The notes beneath the pieces are model-generated. The model was given only the letters and a program-made list of their open reading frames with translations. It had not been told where the DNA came from and searched no databases. From Oscillospiraceae bacterium (GTDB lineage Bacteria > Bacillota > Clostridia > Christensenellales > Aristaeellaceae), in NCBI GenBank assembly GCA_031266295.1, contig JAISBH010000157.1, positions 1-38,417 of the forward strand: 38,417 nucleotides of DNA. Reading direction: 5' to 3'. Position 1 is the stretch's first letter. Every line of letters begins with the position of its first letter. The translations under genes and the position numbers were made by a program. Shown in pieces: positions 1 to 6,902 of this stretch.

Positions 1-807
1 AAAATATAATCCAAACCGCATGAAGAATTCTTCTTTAACCTTCGGTATTACTAATACGCGCAACGTCCAGTAATTGATCCATTTGGCGAAAAATAGGGCA
101 AATAGCCGCCTGTAATAGATAAACTGCCGTTTCTGCTGAGTGGCAAGGTTCAACGCCTTTACCTCACGCCATCCTTGTACGGATGTATGAAGCCAAGCCG
201 TCATCTTTTGATCATTCTCGCGATTAACGTTGTTTAATACGCGCTCACGCTTGCTTATGATGTGATCTAACCAAAATGTTAGCGGAATCGCGACAATAGA
301 AAACGCGGCAAGTCTCCAGTCAATGGTAATAAGCCATACTGCACTAACAATAAGCGTTACATACGCAATCAAGTAATCAATGGACTGTGTTCCGGCAAAG
401 TTATTTATCTGTGCAGTATCGTCCTCAAGACGCATCTTCATGTCGCCGATGCTGGTCTTTTCATACACCGAAAACGGGAGTGCAAACAATCCGTTGAAAA
501 TTTCATACTTCGCGCGATAAAGGACGGTATTCACCAAGGTATTAGTTGAGTGGTTCCTTAGATAACTGATCGCTGTGGTGGTTAGAAACACGCCAAAATA
601 GCCGCCTATAACCATCGGCATCGCAGAAAAATGTTTCGCGATGATGACCTCATCAATAAAGAGTCTGTAAAACTGTGGATTAGCAAATCCTAACGCCATT
701 GAGACGATGCTCAGCGCCAGGTTGAGTACAAAGAACCTCTGTACGCCTGACGCGAACGGCAAGAAGGCTTTTAGCAGCGTCAATCGATATTTAATCTTGC
801 CGAACAT
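1..807 (-). CDS. ABC exporter, fused TMD-NBD type; only the N-terminal transmembrane half is in the window and the 3' end lies beyond the left edge
   Basis: Absent from the ORF track because it has no in-window stop. Manual reverse-strand translation from ATG at 807-805 stays open for all 269 codons down to base 1: MFGKIKYRLTLLKAFLPFASGVQRFFVLNLALSIVSMALGFANPQFYRLFIDEVII...TSIGDMKMRLEDDTAQ...ITIDWRLAAF. GGAGG lies 9 nt upstream. The start overlaps the stop of the upstream ABC gene by 17 nt. The hydrophobic helix pattern and the IDEV and G-D-x-x-x-R-x-x-D motifs are typical of type I ABC exporter TMDs. Confidence 0.75.
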   Translation of the reverse strand, partial: MFGKIKYRLTLLKAFLPFASGVQRFFVLNLALSIVSMALGFANPQFYRLFIDEVIIAKHFSAMPMVIGGYFGVFLTTTAISYLRNHSTNTLVNTVLYRAKYEIFNGLFALPFSVYEKTSIGDMKMRLEDDTAQINNFAGTQSIDYLIAYVTLIVSAVWLITIDWRLAAFSIVAIPLTFWLDHIISKRERVLNNVNRENDQKMTAWLHTSVQGWREVKALNLATQQKRQFIYYRRLFALFFAKWINYWTLRVLVIPKVKEEFFMRFGLYF

Positions 808-2566
808 GGTTTTCCGCCTCCTTTATGGCGAATAGAGTCTTGAACGCATGGTTATTCCGCTGCATTTCCTGTGGATTGCCAATGGCGGATACCTGACCTC
901 CATCAATGATAGCAACCCTGTCACACAACATAACAGAACTAAGCCGATGCGCTATCACAATTGCGGTTCGCCCGCTCAACACACCTTTCCAAGCGGCATG
1001 AATGTTTTCTTCTGTTTCGCTGTCCAACGACGACGTCGCTTCATCAAAGATAATGATCTTAGGGTCTTTGAGATAGATTCGAGCAATCGCAACCCTTTGC
1101 TTCTGACCGCCTGATAAACCGACGCCTTTTGTGCCTATAACTGTATCCAAACCGTTAGATAATGTAGTAATAAAATCCCAAAGACCGGCCTGAACACAAA
1201 CATTCCTTACTTGCTCATCGGATGCGTTACGATTGCCGAGAAGTATGTTTTCTTTGATTGTACCATCAAAAACCAGCACATCCTGTTGAATCAATCCTAT
1301 ATTCTGGCGAATGGATTTTAAGGTGCAATCGGATAGTTTATGCCCATCAATTTCAATGAAACCATGTCGTGGGCGATAAAAACCAATCATCATATAAGCG
1401 ATCGTAGTTTTCCCGCATCCGCTCTTACCAACCAAAGCAAACCGTTCGCCTGACGGAATATCCAGAGAAAAACCGTTTAGCACTTCACTTGATTTCTTGT
1501 ATGCAAATCCAATGTTATTGAACGTAACTTTCCCATCGGAAACATCTAATGTATTTTTACCAGCCCAAACATCCTCAGTCGGTGTTTCCATGAAATCATG
1601 AATACGCTGGATGTAAGATATACGATCCTGGGCATCCAACCACGTTCTGCTTAGATGATAAGTATTGCTTGTTAGATCTTCATAAAAAGCAACAATAACA
1701 ATTAGTAGTCCGACTGTTATATTTCCAGACATTGCCGCAAAACCTGCCAGCGTGAACATGCCAAGCTGGATAATCAACTTGGTAAACATGATGATATTAT
1801 TCGCTGTTAGGCTGGAAATACTTGACTTAACGTTAATGTCGAACATCCTCTTATGATTATCCTCGAATGTCGACTGTACCTTTCTCTGTGCGCCAAGCAT
1901 ACGGATATCCCGCAAAGCGGTAAATATCTCGAATACCCAACTAACATAACCCTTATAGTATTCGCGTTGTTTATCGCTGTAACCGCGAATCTTTTTACCG
2001 TACTTTGAGTTAACAATTACGCTTATCGGCGTAACAAGCAACGCCGCAAGACCTATTTTCCAGTCAATCACAAACAGATAAATGGATATAGCGGCAATTT
2101 TTATAAGCCCATTTAAGAAATGGATGATATTACGAATAACAAAATGCATACACTCATCGGAATATGACGTCAATATAGATATAATGTCGCCTGTCGATGC
2201 GTCAGACAAGAACTCGGCGTCAGCCTTCTGAAAGTGGTCAAACAAGTCCTTCTTTATGTCCAACGTATACATATTCATCAGATAATGGTGCTGCGCATAT
2301 ATCATAAAATATAGCACGCATGAAAACACAGACAGCGTCACAAAAAACAAAGCTATTCTGACGAAAGTATCAACATTCTGATAATAGACAATCTCATCTA
2401 TCATAATACCAAACAATAACGGCATAGCGACGCTAAGGACTGTATCCAGCAGCCAACCAAAATAGAACATCAGGAAATTCTTCCTGTGTTTCAGTATGTA
2501 CTTGGACAGGACCCTTATCGCAGTGAAGTAATACAGCTTTGTCGCAGGTATACTATCTTTCATCAA
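791..2566 (-). CDS. ABC exporter, fused permease/ATP-binding protein (591 aa), no N-terminal C39 peptidase domain
   Basis: Walker A GKSGCGKTT, ABC signature LSGGQKQR, Walker B IIIFDEATS and H-loop IAHRL are all present. There are six N-terminal hydrophobic segments. The start overlaps the upstream gene by ATGA. Confidence 0.9.
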   Translation of the reverse strand: MMKDSIPATKLYYFTAIRVLSKYILKHRKNFLMFYFGWLLDTVLSVAMPLLFGIMIDEIVYYQNVDTFVRIALFFVTLSVFSCVLYFMIYAQHHYLMNMYTLDIKKDLFDHFQKADAEFLSDASTGDIISILTSYSDECMHFVIRNIIHFLNGLIKIAAISIYLFVIDWKIGLAALLVTPISVIVNSKYGKKIRGYSDKQREYYKGYVSWVFEIFTALRDIRMLGAQRKVQSTFEDNHKRMFDINVKSSISSLTANNIIMFTKLIIQLGMFTLAGFAAMSGNITVGLLIVIVAFYEDLTSNTYHLSRTWLDAQDRISYIQRIHDFMETPTEDVWAGKNTLDVSDGKVTFNNIGFAYKKSSEVLNGFSLDIPSGERFALVGKSGCGKTTIAYMMIGFYRPRHGFIEIDGHKLSDCTLKSIRQNIGLIQQDVLVFDGTIKENILLGNRNASDEQVRNVCVQAGLWDFITTLSNGLDTVIGTKGVGLSGGQKQRVAIARIYLKDPKIIIFDEATSSLDSETEENIHAAWKGVLSGRTAIVIAHRLSSVMLCDRVAIIDGGQVSAIGNPQEMQRNNHAFKTLFAIKEAENHVRQD

Positions 2567-2958
2567 TTCTTCCCCGCTTTCAGAAATATGCGTTCAAGCA
2601 AGGTTTGTTTACCCGCAACAATATCAACCGTAACAGCGCCTCTAATTTTGCCATCGCTGTTACTACTAATGGTCACAAATACCTGATAATCGCCATAATC
2701 AACGTGCGTCACTTCCGAACTATACACAGCATCGTTCCTGTTGGCATAGTAAAAAATCCTTGTTGGCGCCATTGATGACGCATCCGCCGTAATCGTGATA
2801 ACATCATTATCAATCACGGCAGGATACGACTTAACCACGTCCAGCTTGATAAATAGCGACATGGCGACAAACACGGTAACAAATACCGCGATGAATCCAT
2901 AGTACAACCAAGGTTTCTTGACCAAGTACTTAACGTACAGCATCTCAAACTTCGTCAT
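2563..2958 (-). CDS. Small single-pass membrane protein (131 aa) resembling the TM anchor plus C-terminal beta-barrel end of HlyD-family adaptors; the coiled-coil and lipoyl parts are missing
   Basis: N-terminal TM segment PWLYYGFIAVFVTVFVAMSLFI. The C-terminus GAVTVDIVAGKQTLLERIFLK resembles the conserved HlyD-family C-terminal motif. A 4-nt ATGA overlap joins it to the downstream ABC gene. The functional call is from motif memory only. Confidence 0.55.
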   Translation of the reverse strand: MTKFEMLYVKYLVKKPWLYYGFIAVFVTVFVAMSLFIKLDVVKSYPAVIDNDVITITADASSMAPTRIFYYANRNDAVYSSEVTHVDYGDYQVFVTISSNSDGKIRGAVTVDIVAGKQTLLERIFLKAGKN

Positions 2959-2976
2959 AATCGTTACCTTATCGAA

Positions 2977-3534
2977 CTATATCATCAAGTCATTTATATC
3001 CAACCGCTTCGCCTGCGAAAGCTTCTTCCCGTACCCAATAGCTACCAATGCCATTAGGCTGTAACGTTTTTCAACTCCAAGAATCTCGCAAATTTCGTCT
3101 TTATAGTTGCTGCATTCGCCAATCCAACAGCTTTGCACTCCATTCGCTGTTGCTTCCAGAATCATGTTTTCAACACAGGCTCCTATAGCCATAGTGTCTT
3201 TTTCTATATCATAAACATTCGCTGTATCCATAAATACAGCGATCATCTGCACGACATTTTGCAGCCATTTATTATTTGGCAACATTGCGGCAACAGTCTG
3301 TACGGATTCATCCGCCAGCACCCGGAATCGCCATGGCTGCCCGTTTTTGCCTGACGGCGCTTTGGAGGCAGCTGTAAGGAGTTTTGCGATAACTTCGCCA
3401 GGTACGTTTCGGTTGGGAACAAACAACCTACAGCTATATCTATCGTGAATGGCAGAGCAAAGCAATTCTGGAGTGTCAGATAAACGACCTCTGCATACTA
3501 CTACTTTGCACACTGTTATCATATCCCCTTTCAC
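2977..3534 (-). CDS. Nitroreductase-family flavoprotein (classical NfsB/FRase-like, about 181-185 aa)
   Basis: Diagnostic motif KAPSGKNGQPWRFRV. Length and C-terminal pattern (SCWIGE...LVAIGYG) fit the nitroreductase fold. The start is ambiguous: GTG at 3534 or ATG at 3522. Confidence 0.8.
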   Translation of the reverse strand: MKGDMITVCKVVVCRGRLSDTPELLCSAIHDRYSCRLFVPNRNVPGEVIAKLLTAASKAPSGKNGQPWRFRVLADESVQTVAAMLPNNKWLQNVVQMIAVFMDTANVYDIEKDTMAIGACVENMILEATANGVQSCWIGECSNYKDEICEILGVEKRYSLMALVAIGYGKKLSQAKRLDINDLMI

Positions 3535-3556
3535 CGCAATGACTCAGCCAATATAA

Positions 3557-3585
3557 AATATACGCTAAGGAGAAGAAGCTGTCAA
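3557..3585 (-). promoter_or_regulatory. Sigma-70-type promoter for the island operon
   Basis: On the reverse strand: TTGACA (3585-3580), a 17-nt spacer, then TATATT (3562-3557). The predicted TSS is near 3550, just upstream of the nitroreductase start. Confidence 0.5.
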
Positions 3586-3609
3586 GCGCTCAACACACGG
3601 AGGAATCAT

Positions 3610-3840
3610 TTAGAGGTTATGAGAACATATCCAAGAGGGAGGCGTCGGAAAAGGCAGCTTTGACTTGGATTCACCCCAATCGGAATAGCCACAGATGACT
3701 GCGAACAAGGCTATGGCAAGGATGTCCACTAGCTTATGCCGGAAGTTTCCGCTTTGACGCCGACAATCTTGAATCCTGACTGCCATTCCTTGAGCCGTTT
3801 GAGAGACAGGCTTTCTTGTTCCCGCTTCATTCCGCTTCAC
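3610..3840 (-). pseudogene. ISAs1-family transposase, N-terminal stub only (DDE_Tnp_1-associated region); the catalytic DDE part is absent
   Basis: IQDCRRQSGNFRHKLVDILAIALFAVICGYSDWG matches the conserved ISAs1 N-terminal pattern (DPR...H.L.DIL.IA..AV.CG...W). The reading frame degenerates after DWG and stops at 76 aa. The island promoter begins about 25 bp downstream. Confidence 0.6.
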
Positions 3841-3941
3841 CTCATCTCCTCTTTCGTTTATATTTGGAAATATCCTTTCAGCTTGTTATAACTTTTACTA
3901 TCTTTACGTGCTTCTAAATGATTTCGCCGTGGTCGCCAGTC

Positions 3942-3970
3942 TTGCGCACCCCATCCCAAGCTGTTATAAT
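3942..3970 (+). promoter_or_regulatory. Sigma-70-type promoter with extended -10
   Basis: TTGCGC (3942-3947), a 17-nt spacer, then TATAAT (3965-3970) preceded by TGT. The predicted +1 at 3977 coincides with an in-frame GTG. Confidence 0.45.
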
Positions 3971-3976
3971 GCCCTC

Positions 3977-4573
3977 GTGAATAAATCGCTTGAAACCGTA
4001 CTCCGCGCGCGGGAGCTGCTGCTTGATGTTACCCCGCTTAAGGGCGACTGCGGCAAGATCTGCGGCCGCGCTTGCTGCGAGGTCTCCGACCCTGATGCGG
4101 GCATGATACTGTTCCCCGGCGAGGAGACCCTCTATACCGGTTACAAACTCGTCAAAATGTATGGCATCAGCGGCGGTGAATGGCCCTGGTGGAGATGTGA
4201 TGGAACATGCGAACGACGCGACAGACCGCTGGCCTGCCGCGTCGCGCCGCTCACTCCCACGATCCGTAATGGCGCCGTCTCCGTCGAAATGGACAGAGGC
4301 TGCGCGTTCTGCTGCCCATTAGTGGAGTTCGGCGTATCTGCGCTGAGCGAGGACTTTGTCGAATCTGTGCGTGTGGCCGCCTTCATCCTAGCGGAAGACC
4401 CCGCCTGCCGCGCGTTCGTTGAAAACCAAACCAAGCATCAGGACATGATGCGCGCTATACTGCTATCGTCTATAATTTCTCCTGAACGCCCTGCGCCGGA
4501 CGAGCGTACCCCATTCGAGCCTGACCATCCTGACAATGTCCCCGCCGAAGAACAGCGCGACATTCAGCAGTGA
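3977..4573 (+). CDS. YkgJ/CxxCxxCC-type cysteine-cluster (putative Fe/Zn-binding) protein
   Basis: Cys cluster DCGKICGRACCE, and a second half CERRDRPLACRVAPL that resembles the family RP..CR..P motif. The track start GTG 3908 lies upstream of a strong promoter, so the in-frame GTG at 3977 is preferred. The C-terminal tail is low-complexity and overlaps the convergent gene. Confidence 0.55.
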   Translation: MNKSLETVLRARELLLDVTPLKGDCGKICGRACCEVSDPDAGMILFPGEETLYTGYKLVKMYGISGGEWPWWRCDGTCERRDRPLACRVAPLTPTIRNGAVSVEMDRGCAFCCPLVEFGVSALSEDFVESVRVAAFILAEDPACRAFVENQTKHQDMMRAILLSSIISPERPAPDERTPFEPDHPDNVPAEEQRDIQQ

Positions 4574-5122
4574 CAACACGATCGCCGCACGCGCGCTCCA
4601 TGACCCTATGATAAAGTTATACGCGTACAGCAGCACATCCAGTAACGCTAGCCACTTCATCTTGATCGGCAGGAAGAAGAATAGGTACATCTGGAAATCC
4701 GGGAACAGCGCGGCGAACGCCAGAAACAGCGACAGATTTACATACGTATTGTCGCCGTATCCCGTAACCAGCCCTCCCAGCACCGCCCCGATAATCCCCA
4801 GAAGATAGTACAGGCTAAACTTGAACGAACCCCATTGAGTCTCCAGCGTGTTCCCTATCATCCAATAAAAGTACAGGCTGAAGATCACCCACAGCAGTGA
4901 CGTTGACGGCGGCAGGAATATGAACGTCACCAGCCGCCATACCTCGCCTCTCGCGATGGCCGCCCTGTTGAAGTACAGCAGATTGCTCGCGCCCATCCCG
5001 ATGAAGTCCAGCAGAAACACGATCGCCATGCCGCCCACTACATAGTACATCAGATTTGTTATGTACCAGCCCCTGCGGGCCTTAAGTTCTATCAGCCGCA
5101 TCTGTTTGCGTATCCGCTCCAT
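4463..5122 (-). CDS. Rhomboid-like polytopic membrane protein lacking the catalytic Ser-His dyad
   Basis: GEVWRLVTFIFLP matches the rhomboid WR-loop/TM2 signature (GE.WRL.T..F.H), followed by G..LE..WG. The 219-aa translation contains no histidine at all and no GxSG motif. The start shares a TAATG overlap with the upstream SBP stop. Confidence 0.65.
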   Translation of the reverse strand: MERIRKQMRLIELKARRGWYITNLMYYVVGGMAIVFLLDFIGMGASNLLYFNRAAIARGEVWRLVTFIFLPPSTSLLWVIFSLYFYWMIGNTLETQWGSFKFSLYYLLGIIGAVLGGLVTGYGDNTYVNLSLFLAFAALFPDFQMYLFFFLPIKMKWLALLDVLLYAYNFIIGSWSARAAIVLSLLNVALFFGGDIVRMVRLEWGTLVRRRAFRRNYRR

Positions 5123-6720
5123 TACCGCTCCTCCTTATCTTCCGCGGATCGATTCCGCTCGTCGTACGTCTCCTGGAACAACTCGGTCAGCCTGTCGGCC
5201 CCTTGATCGCGCAGTCCATTCACATACGCTTCCCAGTTCTCGTCATTCAGCTCAATCTCGCCGTCGATGAACTTCGCTATACCTTCGTCAACCATCGTTC
5301 CCAACACGCGCTGCAGCGCAGCGATCTCATCCTCCCTCGCCTCGTTCGTCGGCCACGTTAACGGGAACGGCGTCGTCAGCAGCGGTTGAATCGCGTCCCC
5401 CTCGCGGCGTACTCTGGCTTCAATCGCCAGATCGGTGCGCCGCTCGAAATCGGCGGGCGTCAACCCCGGCGTCAGGTTGTCGGTGTGGATAACCCTATCG
5501 CGCAGTACGGAGTCTATCGTCGTGAATTCGTCCGTGATCCACTGCCATGAGGACCCGCTCCATTTGTAATCCACGTCCGCCACGCCGGCCAACGCCAGCC
5601 GACCGCCATCCTCGGTATAGAGGTAATCCGCCCAGCCCAGCATAGCGCCGGGATCATCGCACTTCGATGTAACCGCGAACGTGCCTTGTACCACGCCGCT
5701 TAGCAATCTGCGATACCTCGGCGCAGAACCGTCAGACGGCTTCAGCGGCGTCAGTATCGAGTATGCTTCGGCTAGCTCGGCGGAAACCAGCGTGTACGGC
5801 GCTATGGATACAAACGCGCCGATTGTGTTCTCCTTCGCCTCGCTCAGCAGCGTCGTGCGCTGTGACTGTCCCTGTCTGAACGCGTCGCCGTCCAGCAATC
5901 CATCTTGCTTCAGCGCGTGCATCGATTCCGCAAACTCACGGAACCCAGGCTCGAACGGGGCGTATCGGATCGTATCGGCGCTATCCACATAAATATTATA
6001 GTCGTTCGGGGTTAGTCCGAACGCGTGCAGGAAGAATTTAGCTTCCCACGGCCCTATGAGGCTTAACGGGTTCTCGTCTTGCCGGCCGTTTCCGTTGGGA
6101 TCACGGTCGCGGAACGAGGTCAGCGTATCGACGAACTGGGCGAAGGTCTCCGGCATGGGCAGGTTCAGCGCGGTCAGCCACTCCTGGTTGATCCAGATAT
6201 AACACTGCCGCTCGTAGCCGTTGAGTCCGGGCAGCGCGGCAATCGATCCATCCGGTTGGGTGATCAAGGCGCGCCAATCCTCGCGAGCGTTCAATATGCC
6301 GGATAGTGTCGGCGCGCTGGATTCCAGCAGCGGCGCGAGGTCGGTCAGCTGACCCGACGCACGGTAACGCAGTTCCTCTTCCGGCGTCAGCGCGGCCTTA
6401 AAGAACACATCGGGCAGATCCCCCGACGCGAACGCGGTATCCTTCGCCGTCTGGTATGACGCTTCGTCGGCGTACTGCCTGAAGACGAAATCAATACCCG
6501 TCCGTTCGCGCATAGCCGTAAAGAACGCGTGAGCGCGCCAGTCGCGGCCCGACTCCATATCCAGACCCATCATGGTGTATACGCGTACCGTATCCAACGG
6601 GACGTCGGACGGAGGCGCGGCCTCCAGTTCAGCTGACGCCGGAAGTGCGCGTCCGTACAGCGTAACAAGCGCGAGCGCAACCGCGGCCAGGCGTATCAGG
6701 CGGTTTCGTTCCTTAACCAT
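5122..6720 (-). CDS. Large extracellular solute-binding protein, LplA/YtcQ-like (CUT1 family), 532 aa
   Basis: GDLPDVF, WINQEWL..LNLPMPETF..F and RDRDPNGNGRQDE are typical of large family-1 sugar-binding proteins. ATG 6720 is preferred over track start 6807: it has GGAGGA 8 nt upstream, MVKERNRLIRLAAVALALVTLYGRALPASA looks like a signal peptide, and 6807 falls inside the promoter -10 box. Confidence 0.85.
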   Translation of the reverse strand: MVKERNRLIRLAAVALALVTLYGRALPASAELEAAPPSDVPLDTVRVYTMMGLDMESGRDWRAHAFFTAMRERTGIDFVFRQYADEASYQTAKDTAFASGDLPDVFFKAALTPEEELRYRASGQLTDLAPLLESSAPTLSGILNAREDWRALITQPDGSIAALPGLNGYERQCYIWINQEWLTALNLPMPETFAQFVDTLTSFRDRDPNGNGRQDENPLSLIGPWEAKFFLHAFGLTPNDYNIYVDSADTIRYAPFEPGFREFAESMHALKQDGLLDGDAFRQGQSQRTTLLSEAKENTIGAFVSIAPYTLVSAELAEAYSILTPLKPSDGSAPRYRRLLSGVVQGTFAVTSKCDDPGAMLGWADYLYTEDGGRLALAGVADVDYKWSGSSWQWITDEFTTIDSVLRDRVIHTDNLTPGLTPADFERRTDLAIEARVRREGDAIQPLLTTPFPLTWPTNEAREDEIAALQRVLGTMVDEGIAKFIDGEIELNDENWEAYVNGLRDQGADRLTELFQETYDERNRSAEDKEER

Positions 6721-6785
6721 CGCATAGTTCCTCCATACCCAGCAAATAACATCTTGAACAAAACGCAAACAATAACCATTCACGG

Positions 6786-6814
6786 TTGCATCCTGCCTCT
6801 CTCTCAATTATAAT
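6786..6814 (+). promoter_or_regulatory. Sigma-70-type promoter for the MMPL operon
   Basis: TTGCAT (6786-6791), a 17-nt spacer, then TATAAT (6809-6814). The predicted TSS is about 6821. Confidence 0.55.
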
Positions 6815-6835
6815 AGAATACAGATCGGTTGGCAA
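6807..6835 (-). promoter_or_regulatory. Sigma-70-type promoter for the SBP / rhomboid-like operon
   Basis: On the reverse strand: TTGCCA (6835-6830), a 17-nt spacer, then TATAAT (6812-6807). The predicted TSS is about 6800. Its -10 overlaps the plus-strand -10 by 4 bp. Confidence 0.55.
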
Positions 6836-6902
6836 CATCCGGAGCGTATGTATCGCGGGGTGATCGCGGGTTTCACACTGCGTTCAATAGAATTAATAAA
6901 CG

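Noticed and set aside
2977-3534. The nitroreductase as a SagB-type dehydrogenase marking a thiazole/oxazole (TOMM) peptide cluster.
   Set aside because: At about 185 aa, with the classical APSxxNxQPW motif, it looks like an ordinary NfsB/FRase-type enzyme. No YcaO/cyclodehydratase or precursor-peptide ORF is visible in the window. The idea can only be revisited with sequence to the left.
6721-6807. Longer N-terminus for the binding protein (track start 6807). Similar long track starts are at 18063, 11275, 24023, 24411, 26249, 30297, 32590, 34563 and 36646.
   Set aside because: In each case a downstream start has a proper Shine-Dalgarno sequence or an ATGA/GTGA overlap with the preceding gene, and gives a family-typical N-terminus. 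The extended versions run into promoters or into the upstream gene.
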